A DNA stretch of 64,000 bases, from positions 9,243-73,242 of the forward strand of contig JBAZKH010000001.1 of NCBI GenBank assembly GCA_041650935.1. The letters are read 5' to 3'. Source of the stretch: Candidatus Omnitrophota bacterium. Lineage in GTDB: Bacteria; Omnitrophota; Gorgyraeia; 2-01-FULL-45-10. Of the stretch, positions 38,030-46,508 are shown piece by piece; position 1 is the first letter of the stretch; the number at the start of each line of letters is the position of its first letter. The notes beneath the pieces are model-generated. The model saw nothing but the letters and a program-made list of their open reading frames with translations. It made no database searches and was not told the DNA's origin. The position numbers and the translations under genes are program-made.

Positions 38030-39403
38030 ATGGGCGGAAAAAGGATAACGGTATATATAGTTTCGCATAATTACGGCAAATACCTGCAGGAGGCTGTTGA
38101 GAGCGTTCTCCGTCAGACCGTAGACAGCTGGGAACTTTTGCTCTTCGATAACGGCTCGACCGACAATACCTCAGAGGTGATGGCGCTTTACAGGGGCGAT
38201 CCGCGGGTGAAGATATTCAGGACGCGGAAGGTCAGCCTGCCCAGGGCAGCAAATATGGCGCTTAAGAAAGCAAAGGGCAGCTATATAGTCCGCCTCGACG
38301 CCGATGACGTGATGGACGAGAACATGCTTCTTGTATTGAGTAACTATCTCGACCGGCACCAGGATATCGCCCTTGTCTTCCCGGACTATTTCCTGATGAA
38401 TGAATACGGCGAAATCATAAGCCATGAGCGGCGCAAACAGATATACCATTCAAACCACCTGTTAGATGCGCCCGCTAACGGGGCCTGCACCATGATACGC
38501 GTCGGCGCACTGAAGAAATTAGGCGGTTATCGCGAGGATCTCGGCGCACAGGACGGCTTCGACGTCTGGTCGAGGATCATCCGCGCGTATAAGTGCAACA
38601 ACATAAATCTCCCGCTCTTCTACTATCGCCGCCACGGCAAAAATCTCACCGACAACCAGCTGATGATCCTGAGCGCCCGCCGCACCATAAAGAAGGACGC
38701 GAGCGCTTCTTTGCTGAAGAAGTGCAGACCCATCGTAGTGACTATCCCGTGCAGGCGGAATTACGACATCTTTCCGGATCTCTGGAGCCAGAAGATAGGA
38801 AACGAGACGTTACTCGATAGGGCGATAAAGACGACAATAGCCTCCGGTATACCGGATAAGATAGTCGTCACCTCCGACAGCCCGGCGGTCCGGGACGTAA
38901 TGGCAAAATACCGCGATAAACGGCTCGTATATGTCGAGAGGAGCGCAAAGAGCACTATAATTTCCGCGTCGATCGTCTTTACCCTGGAGCATATAACGCG
39001 GAAACTTAAATTGCGCCCGTCCGGTATTACCGCGGTTCTATATACCCAGGCGCCGTTCACGCCCACGGCTACTCTGGAGGAAGCGATATATACGCTTGTG
39101 ATGAATGAGGCCGATTCCGCGATAGCCGTCGAAGAGGTGCCTACCCAGCTGTATAAGAGGACGCCTCACGGCCTTACGTGCATCAATTCGGTGGGGAATA
39201 TGCGGTCGGACTTCGATACCGTCTATAACCAGGTCCGATCGTCGATGGCGGCCAGGAACGGTAATTTCAGGACGGGGAGTCTAATAGGATCGAAGGTTGC
39301 TTATTTTGTGGTCCCGCGGGAAGAAGTATTTTTCATAGAGACCAAGAGAGATTTAAGCGTCGCGAGAGCGCTTGCAAGAGAAGAGAAGAGGGAAAATGGA
39401 TAA
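38030..39403 (+). CDS. bifunctional-looking fusion: N-terminal GT2 glycosyltransferase + C-terminal cytidylyltransferase-like domain
   Basis: N-terminus ITVYIVSHNYGKYL...LFDNGSTDNT...RLDADD (GT2). C-terminal half IVVTIPCRRNYD...LLDRAI... resembles CMP-sugar synthetase (NeuA/KdsB) folds. 457 aa. Confidence 0.55.
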   Translation: MGGKRITVYIVSHNYGKYLQEAVESVLRQTVDSWELLLFDNGSTDNTSEVMALYRGDPRVKIFRTRKVSLPRAANMALKKAKGSYIVRLDADDVMDENMLLVLSNYLDRHQDIALVFPDYFLMNEYGEIISHERRKQIYHSNHLLDAPANGACTMIRVGALKKLGGYREDLGAQDGFDVWSRIIRAYKCNNINLPLFYYRRHGKNLTDNQLMILSARRTIKKDASASLLKKCRPIVVTIPCRRNYDIFPDLWSQKIGNETLLDRAIKTTIASGIPDKIVVTSDSPAVRDVMAKYRDKRLVYVERSAKSTIISASIVFTLEHITRKLKLRPSGITAVLYTQAPFTPTATLEEAIYTLVMNEADSAIAVEEVPTQLYKRTPHGLTCINSVGNMRSDFDTVYNQVRSSMAARNGNFRTGSLIGSKVAYFVVPREEVFFIETKRDLSVARALAREEKRENG

Positions 39404-39707
39404 GAAAAAACTTAAAGTTAAGGATTATTATAATCAGGAGGCTCGGGGCTACATAATGCAGTATAAGGAAGGTTATGAAAAGTATCCGGCCAATGCTATA
39501 AGGATCGATATGGTCATCGATCGGCTGAAGAAAAATAATGTAAAGACTATCCTCGACTCCGGCTGTGGTACGTGCGGGCCGATGATAAGGCTTCTAAAAG
39601 AAGGCTTTGATGTGAAGGGTTTCGTGGAAAAACTTAAGGCGGCCGGTCTTTTTGCGAAGAACACGCGGGCAGGCGCGGATGAGGAAAAAATATCGAAAGG
39701 AGTTTAA
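39396..39707 (+). CDS. short ORF resembling the N-terminal ~100 aa of a class I SAM methyltransferase (possible gene remnant/pseudogene)
   Basis: ..VKTILDSGCGTCGPMIRLLKEGFDV motif I, then a stop after ~104-111 aa. The next gene starts immediately at 39708 (TAAATG). Confidence 0.3.
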   Translation: MDKKKLKVKDYYNQEARGYIMQYKEGYEKYPANAIRIDMVIDRLKKNNVKTILDSGCGTCGPMIRLLKEGFDVKGFVEKLKAAGLFAKNTRAGADEEKISKGV

Positions 39708-41510
39708 ATGTACATTTTAGGGATTCATGACGGCCATGACGCATCCGCGGCCCTGATGAAAGACGGGCGGATAATCGCGGCGGCCCAGGAGGAGAGGTTC
39801 AGCGGCCTGAAAGGGGATTATGGGTATCCCAGGCTCAGCATAGACTACTGCCTTGATTTTGCCGGGATCGGCGGCGCCGATATAGATCATATTACGCTGT
39901 CGGCTAAACATCTAAATCCCGCTATATCATATATAAAAAGGAACGCCAATTTTTCCGTCTCTCATTGGGTGAAGGAGCAGGAGCTTTTTTGGAAACCGCT
40001 AAAATTCAATAACAAAAAAGTGAGCCACTATAAGATATTCAAAGACGAGGGTTTTACAACGGACGAGTATTATGATTATCGCGGCATACTGTCGGGATAC
40101 ATGACCGAGCGGGAGATGAAGATCTTCCTGAAGAGGCGCGTCTCTTATATAGCAAAAAGCCTTGGCGTAAGCGCGGATAAGATAACGGTGACAAAGCATG
40201 AGACGAACCATAAATCGTATGCGTTATTCGGATCCAGGTTCAGGAATGAGCCGGTCATTATCATCACGGCCGAAGGTATCGGCGAAGCGTATAACGGGAC
40301 AGTCTCCTTATATAAAGACGGCAGGATAGAGACCCTTTCCGAGATGCGCGAAAACCACCTGGCCCACATATACCAGTACGTTACGCTGATGCTGGGCATG
40401 AAGCCGAACCAGCACGAATATAAGGTCATGGGGCTGGCGCCTTATGCGAATAAATACGAGACAGAAAAGGCGTACAGGGTATTCAAAAAGATACTTAAAG
40501 TCGAAGGCATGGAAGTGAAATTCGATGTCAAGCCGAAAGACCTGTACTATTCGATCAGGGAAGCGCTTAAGGATTGCCGTTTCGACGGCATAGCCGCAGG
40601 AGCGCAGCTCCTGCTGGAGAATATATTATGCGAATTAGCGCGTAATTGCGTAGCCGCGACCGGTGTGCGCAAGGTCGTTATGGCGGGCGGCGTGGCCCAG
40701 AACATAAAAGCCATCAAGGCCGTCAGCGAGCTTGATTGTATCGACGACATCTTCGTTCCGCCTGCCGCCGGAGACACCTCGAATTCCGTGGGCACCTGCT
40801 ACCAGATGGCTTACGAACTTGCCCCAAAGACATATGACGCGCATAATGCGATCGCGCCGCTCTCTACAGCGTATCTGGGTCCGAAATTCAGCGCCGGCGA
40901 GATCGAGGCAGCGATAAAACAGGATATTTCAGGTAAGGATTTTGACGTCAGGAAGAAAGCCGATAACAGGATGATAGCGTCGCTCCTGGCGGACGGCAAG
41001 ATACTTGGCATAATGAGGGGCAGGATGGAATTCGGGTTAAGGGCCCTCGGCAACAGGAGTATCATTGCCGATCCATCGAACCCCATGACAGTCGACAAGA
41101 TCAACCAGAAGATAAAATTCCGGGATTTTTGGATGCCGTTCACTCCCTCGATACTTGATTACAGGGCGAAGGATTATATAAAAAATCCGAAGAATCTGTA
41201 CAGCCCGTACATGACCATGGCGTTTAACTCTACGGAAGGGTCGAAGAATAGAGGCGAATTGGCTGCTGCTGTCCATCCGGCGGATAAGACTGTCCGGCCG
41301 CAGATATTGGAAAAAGCCGGTAATCCGAAATACTATGACCTTATACAGGAATTTGAGAAGATTACCAAGGTAGGGGCCTTGCTCAATACGTCATTCAATC
41401 TGCACGGCAAACCCGTCGCTCTTGGTCCGAAAGAATCGATAAATATACTTCTGAACTCCGGCCTGGACGGCCTGGTCCTGGAAGACCGTATTATCCTAAG
41501 GAGAGCATGA
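39708..41510 (+). CDS. carbamoyltransferase (NodU/CmcH family)
   Basis: MYILGIHDGHDASAAL...AAQEERFSGLKGDYGYP N-terminal Kae1/YgjD-like domain. 600 aa, as in NodU/NovN/TobZ. Confidence 0.7.
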   Translation: MYILGIHDGHDASAALMKDGRIIAAAQEERFSGLKGDYGYPRLSIDYCLDFAGIGGADIDHITLSAKHLNPAISYIKRNANFSVSHWVKEQELFWKPLKFNNKKVSHYKIFKDEGFTTDEYYDYRGILSGYMTEREMKIFLKRRVSYIAKSLGVSADKITVTKHETNHKSYALFGSRFRNEPVIIITAEGIGEAYNGTVSLYKDGRIETLSEMRENHLAHIYQYVTLMLGMKPNQHEYKVMGLAPYANKYETEKAYRVFKKILKVEGMEVKFDVKPKDLYYSIREALKDCRFDGIAAGAQLLLENILCELARNCVAATGVRKVVMAGGVAQNIKAIKAVSELDCIDDIFVPPAAGDTSNSVGTCYQMAYELAPKTYDAHNAIAPLSTAYLGPKFSAGEIEAAIKQDISGKDFDVRKKADNRMIASLLADGKILGIMRGRMEFGLRALGNRSIIADPSNPMTVDKINQKIKFRDFWMPFTPSILDYRAKDYIKNPKNLYSPYMTMAFNSTEGSKNRGELAAAVHPADKTVRPQILEKAGNPKYYDLIQEFEKITKVGALLNTSFNLHGKPVALGPKESINILLNSGLDGLVLEDRIILRRA

Positions 41511-41514
41511 AAAT

Positions 41515-42897
41515 ATGAAGATAGCGTTCATTAATATTTCTTTGCGCCCTGATTCAAAAAGAAGGCAGCTGCCGGTCGGGCTCGCATACGTTATGACCGC
41601 CGCGGGTAAGGCCGGTTTCGGATTCGATCTCATCGATATGGATATAAACAACCTGGGCATGCAGGATCTGGAGCGGATCGCTTCCGGCGGGAAATATGAC
41701 GTATATGCCATGGGATGTATCGTGACCGGTTTCAGGCTGGTAAGACAAATTTCCGAGGTAATCAAAAAAAATAGTCCCGCGGCCGTGATCATCGCGGGCA
41801 ATTCCGTCGCCACTTCCATCCCGGAGCTGCTGCTTGAACATACAAAAGTAGATATCGCGGTCATAGGGGAAGCGGATATCACTATCGTAGAGCTCCTGAA
41901 AGCCCTGGATTCAAAGAAACCCATGTCAGGCGTAAAAGGCATAGCCTTTAAGGAAAACGGCAGGGTAGTTTGCACTCAAAAACAGCCGATCATACCCGAC
42001 CTGGACACCGTTGGTTTTCCCGACTGGGATATCTTCGAATTGGATAAGTATGAGAAATACGCCTCTATAAATGTTAATAATTTTTCCGGGGACGAGATAT
42101 TGTCCTACCCGCTCAATTTTGCGAGAGGGTGCCCGTTCAGCTGTACTTTTTGTTATCATGTATTCAAGGGCGAAAAGTACAGGAGGTATTCCGAAGACGC
42201 CTGCATCGAAGAGATGAAGAGGCTGCATAGCAAATACAGCTGCGATTTTATCTCTTTTTGGGATGAGCTTACCTTCCCCAGCCTGAAGAGTGTGGAAGAT
42301 ATGGTAAGGAAAATAAAAAAACTGGATTTTAAAATAACGTGGCAGGCCACGGTCAGGGGAGACCTGTTCAAGACCAAAGACCTCGATCTCGTAAAGGCCA
42401 TGAAAGAATCCGGATGCGACAACGTTGGTTTTTCGCTGGAAAACGCCGATCCCGATATCTTAAAGGCGATAAATAAGAAGATATCCGTTTCCAACGTTAT
42501 AGAGCAGGCAAAAGTCCTGTGGCAGGGCGGGGTCGTGCCTATAACAAGCGTCATCTTCGGATATCCCCAGGAGACGCCCGCGAGCATACGGCGTACCGTC
42601 GAAGTTTGTGAAGAATGCCGCATGTACCCAAGCTCCGGGTTCTTGCTTCCGCTGCCGGGCACGCAAGTGTATGAATGGGCGAAAGCGAACGGGCATATCA
42701 CGAACGATGTAGAGTATCTGGAAAGGATCGGGGACAGGCAGGATTTTCATATCAACCTTACCGGGATGCCCGACGATGAATTTGTATCGTTGGTTGAAAA
42801 TGAGCTGAGGGCGCTGTCGGTGCGCTTAGGTTTAAAACTGGATTCCGTCTTCAAGACGGTGACGTATCAAAAGCCAAAGGATAGTTTAACGAAATGA
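41515..42897 (+). CDS. cobalamin-binding (class B) radical SAM enzyme #4
   Basis: B12-binding N-domain, ARGCPFSCTFCYH. 460 aa. Confidence 0.75.
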   Translation: MKIAFINISLRPDSKRRQLPVGLAYVMTAAGKAGFGFDLIDMDINNLGMQDLERIASGGKYDVYAMGCIVTGFRLVRQISEVIKKNSPAAVIIAGNSVATSIPELLLEHTKVDIAVIGEADITIVELLKALDSKKPMSGVKGIAFKENGRVVCTQKQPIIPDLDTVGFPDWDIFELDKYEKYASINVNNFSGDEILSYPLNFARGCPFSCTFCYHVFKGEKYRRYSEDACIEEMKRLHSKYSCDFISFWDELTFPSLKSVEDMVRKIKKLDFKITWQATVRGDLFKTKDLDLVKAMKESGCDNVGFSLENADPDILKAINKKISVSNVIEQAKVLWQGGVVPITSVIFGYPQETPASIRRTVEVCEECRMYPSSGFLLPLPGTQVYEWAKANGHITNDVEYLERIGDRQDFHINLTGMPDDEFVSLVENELRALSVRLGLKLDSVFKTVTYQKPKDSLTK

Positions 42898-44651
42898 GAG
42901 CGGCCGTGGTGTTGCATAGCATAAAGGACGCGGAAGACTGCGTCCGCAATAAGCTTTATGAAGGCCGAATCCTTCTCTCGACTCATCCAAGCGTTGACGT
43001 TTACCTTAAGGAAGAACATAACCTGGACTGCAGGTGCTTGAGCAGGTTTACTTCGGTGGGGGCGGTCATCGATCAAAAGAAGGCATGCTCAGATATGGTA
43101 GACGATTTACTGATAAGACTGGACCGCGACCTGTCGCCGGTACTAGGCGAAAGGTTTGGCCTTAAATTGGATTATTTTGTTTCGCTCTATTCATATCTGG
43201 GTAAATATCATCTGCTGCCGTACCTATGTTTTACGGACTGCGTGAAGAAAGCCGTCGAATCATTAAAACCCGATAAGATCTATTTTTATGATTTTAAATT
43301 CGACTCTTTCCTGAAAACCAGCACGGGTATGAGCGATATCGCGGAACGTTTTTTCGCCGGTATGGCGATAGAAATTATAACGGTTTCACAATCCGGAGGA
43401 CGTTTAAGGAAAATTTTTGTAAAAACCTCCGGGTGGGTCAAAAAAATATTTTCCCGCGGGCCAAAAGGCATATGGGCCGGAATAAAATTAAGGCTGGGAA
43501 TGAAGGACTTCGGGAACGGCCGTTTTCGGCCAGGCAGGAAGTCGATAGTAGTAAATAACCCGCTCTTTGAGCTCGATTTCTTAAAAGAGGAGATGAAAAA
43601 ATACAATATCTTTGATCCCACGGCCGATAACGGTAACGCCGGCCCGATCCCGCGGTCCGACCTGGATATCGCCGGGCTCGCGAAAGATACGGACGACCCA
43701 TTCATAAAATTATTGCTTAAAGATATCGACGAAGACTTCCGTTCCGGCATAAAAGGTTACATGGAGACCGTCAATGCGGCCAGGGCGGTGAAGGAAAGCC
43801 ATGGTATAGATCTGGGTGTGTGGGGGATACCGCCCTGTTGGAAGGGCCAGGCCCTAGTATATGAGTACCTTAGGACTGAAGCCATAAAGGTGGTCGGCGC
43901 CCAGCACGGCTGTTTGTACGGCGACTCTTTCCAGCCGTGGCATTTCGATTCCGACTTTAAAAGATGCGATTATTATTTAAGCTATGGGTTTACGGCAGAT
44001 GACTTAAAGAGGTTATACCCGGATAAGAAGATGGGCTGCGAGATACTGCCTTTCGGAAAAGTGAAATCCGTGAAACCAGGAAAAACGGCCAAAAAGTTAG
44101 ACATACTTTTCCCGATAACAAACAGCATCTCGATGCTCCGGGAAGAGATGGAAGTGGCTATGCCTCATGAGTTGACGGACGCTCAGATAGCGATCCTGGA
44201 ATATTTGAATGCCATAGACGGGGCCGATGTCTACGTCAAGCCATTTGCTTATTCCGACAGGGAGAATTGCGCGGCGATCTCTTTATTCAAGCGGTTGAAG
44301 AATCTTAATGTGGTGAATAATATGACCCTCATGGAATTTCTTGCCGGACATGCCCCCAGGGCTGTGGTCATGGAGCTTCCGTCACAGCCTTTATTCGAGG
44401 TGATGCACCTTGATACCGAAATATTTTTGATGGGCACCCGGGTTATGCCTTATGAAGGAAATGCGCTCAAAGAGCTTACCAGGCGTGTTCATTATTCCGA
44501 GGATGCCAGCGGGATTATACAAAAGCTCGAACTCTTTTTAAAAGGCAGGCTGGAGAAGAAGAGAGATAATACTTTTTATGACCACTATATCCATAAGGAG
44601 AATACAGAAAAAAATATATCCGGATTGATAAGCACAATGATGTGCCGATAA
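42894..44651 (+). CDS. hypothetical protein (585 aa, no recognisable motif)
   Basis: Long uninterrupted ORF with ATGA coupling to the upstream radical SAM gene. Composition consistent with coding. I cannot assign a family. Confidence 0.45.
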   Translation: MRAAVVLHSIKDAEDCVRNKLYEGRILLSTHPSVDVYLKEEHNLDCRCLSRFTSVGAVIDQKKACSDMVDDLLIRLDRDLSPVLGERFGLKLDYFVSLYSYLGKYHLLPYLCFTDCVKKAVESLKPDKIYFYDFKFDSFLKTSTGMSDIAERFFAGMAIEIITVSQSGGRLRKIFVKTSGWVKKIFSRGPKGIWAGIKLRLGMKDFGNGRFRPGRKSIVVNNPLFELDFLKEEMKKYNIFDPTADNGNAGPIPRSDLDIAGLAKDTDDPFIKLLLKDIDEDFRSGIKGYMETVNAARAVKESHGIDLGVWGIPPCWKGQALVYEYLRTEAIKVVGAQHGCLYGDSFQPWHFDSDFKRCDYYLSYGFTADDLKRLYPDKKMGCEILPFGKVKSVKPGKTAKKLDILFPITNSISMLREEMEVAMPHELTDAQIAILEYLNAIDGADVYVKPFAYSDRENCAAISLFKRLKNLNVVNNMTLMEFLAGHAPRAVVMELPSQPLFEVMHLDTEIFLMGTRVMPYEGNALKELTRRVHYSEDASGIIQKLELFLKGRLEKKRDNTFYDHYIHKENTEKNISGLISTMMCR

Positions 44652-44756
44652 TACCCGGGACGCGGATAGGTTCCCCTGATACTATGGACAAAGAAGTCCA
44701 TCTGGGAAGAAAATGTGGATTGTCTTAACGCATAGTATAAAAAGGAGATAGCAAAG

Positions 44757-46508
44757 ATGCAGGCGATATATATATCGAACACAAAGAAAGACGGAAAGTT
44801 ATTTGCGGAAGTTAAAAAACTGCTTCAGGAAAAGGAGGCGGTGCCGGAGCCGCAGGGTATTCATGTAAACATCTTCTACAATAACCACCACTTGTCGTAT
44901 TATCAGAGCGGGAACGACTTTGTAGCTAATAACGGCACCTTCGTATATAAGGATCTTTTCAATAAGAGAGCGCTTGAAGTATTTTATGCGGATCTTATGA
45001 AAGGCCAAAAGCTCTCCGAGTTGCTATCGAAAGCGCACGGGCAGTTTTTCCTGGTTGCGCACCTGGCCGGAAAACTGTATGTAGCTACCGATAAGTTGAG
45101 GACGATCCCGATCTTTATACTCAGGGCAAACGGCGCTATCGAGATATCGAACCTCTACCATCCGCTGTCGCGAAATCCATCGGTGAAATATACGGTAAGT
45201 TTCGACCACCTGGCGCAGCAGTTGTCGTTCAACGGCTCCGGCACGCACCTATTTACCGGGGAGACGCTCTATAACGAGATCGCGTATCTTGACGCGGGGA
45301 CGATCTTTACGGTGGAAAAAGATAATGTCGGCAAAGAACTCTATTACAATATTAAGAAGGACATAGAGTTCGGAAAATATAAGAGCCTCCCGGATGTAAT
45401 AGACGCCGTGGCCGCCGAACTTGAGAAAAATTATAAGTTCCTTGACAGCGTGGACAGGGTATTTTGCGGTGTCACAGGCGGATACGACACAAGGTTTAAC
45501 CTCGATACAGTCCTTAAAAAGAAGAAGAATTTTGCCTGCGGCAACATGATATTGGAGAGAGAGTGGGGTTTACGGCAGGGAAAGTTCAGTGATTTCAATA
45601 TAACAAAGAAGATAGCCAGGGTGATGGGGCTGGAGTATAAAAATTTCGGTGTTCTGCAGGAAGATATCGATAATTGGGTCGACCAAAACCGGGTATTTAT
45701 CGAATCCCATAAGGATACGGCGGGAAGCTCCCACCGTTACTATTATTATAATTCTGTCTCCAAAGAGTTCGATATAGAACTGACCGGCATGGGCGGGACG
45801 GAGCTTTTGAATAAATTCTCCAATGAGTATTACAGGAAAGGAGGGCGGTTCGACATAGACGAATTCCTGGCTCCGCAGAAGTATAACGACATATTGCAGG
45901 ACCGGTATTACGACGGCCGTAAATATAAAGCGAGGCTGCGGGAATACGTATCGGACCTGCTCGACGGCATAACCTACTCCTCGAGAGGCGACCTGTTTAC
46001 TTATATAATCTATGAGGGCACTTACAGGAGCTTCCAGGATGAGTATGTGGGAGCGATAAATATGTTCTGCACGGCTTACTCTCCGTATCTTGAGCCGGGT
46101 TTTGTCAAGATCATGCTGGAGACGCCTTACCGCCTGAAGGGGTTTCACATGATACAGCGCCATATCTATGCCAGGATAATGGATAAGCGGCTTGCTAATA
46201 TAGATACGACGCACGGTTATCCTCCGACCACTATAGGATTTAAGAACTTTTACAGGTTCTTGCGGTTGTTGAATCCTATCGAGCCGAGCCTTCAGTATTA
46301 CGGCCTGCTTAACAGGCTAAGGATAATTTATGGCAAGTATCTATACAACATGAACAGGCCGGAGCTCTATGATTTCGGGTCCGATAACCCCGTCTATAAA
46401 TATATAGACAGGGATAAGCTGAATAAGCGCAGGCTTTTTACAACGACCAATTCGTTGACAAACTGGGTATCGCGGTATGCCAAAAAATTACCGCATTATG
46501 ACATTTGA
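44757..46508 (+). CDS. hypothetical protein with possible PP-loop-like (adenine-nucleotide alpha-hydrolase) segment
   Basis: 583 aa. RBS aaaaggag. ..VFCGVTGGYDTRF.. weakly resembles the SGGxDS PP-loop of AsnB-C/N-acetyl-sugar amidotransferases. Confidence 0.45.
   Translation: MQAIYISNTKKDGKLFAEVKKLLQEKEAVPEPQGIHVNIFYNNHHLSYYQSGNDFVANNGTFVYKDLFNKRALEVFYADLMKGQKLSELLSKAHGQFFLVAHLAGKLYVATDKLRTIPIFILRANGAIEISNLYHPLSRNPSVKYTVSFDHLAQQLSFNGSGTHLFTGETLYNEIAYLDAGTIFTVEKDNVGKELYYNIKKDIEFGKYKSLPDVIDAVAAELEKNYKFLDSVDRVFCGVTGGYDTRFNLDTVLKKKKNFACGNMILEREWGLRQGKFSDFNITKKIARVMGLEYKNFGVLQEDIDNWVDQNRVFIESHKDTAGSSHRYYYYNSVSKEFDIELTGMGGTELLNKFSNEYYRKGGRFDIDEFLAPQKYNDILQDRYYDGRKYKARLREYVSDLLDGITYSSRGDLFTYIIYEGTYRSFQDEYVGAINMFCTAYSPYLEPGFVKIMLETPYRLKGFHMIQRHIYARIMDKRLANIDTTHGYPPTTIGFKNFYRFLRLLNPIEPSLQYYGLLNRLRIIYGKYLYNMNRPELYDFGSDNPVYKYIDRDKLNKRRLFTTTNSLTNWVSRYAKKLPHYDI

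Noticed and set aside
44652-44756. Possible promoter or terminator in the 105 bp gap before the 44757 ORF (TGGAC..GTCCA 5 bp stem; TTGTCT/TATAAA-like hexamers)
   Set aside because: Hexamer spacing is poor and the stem is short. I note it only as a likely transcription-unit boundary.
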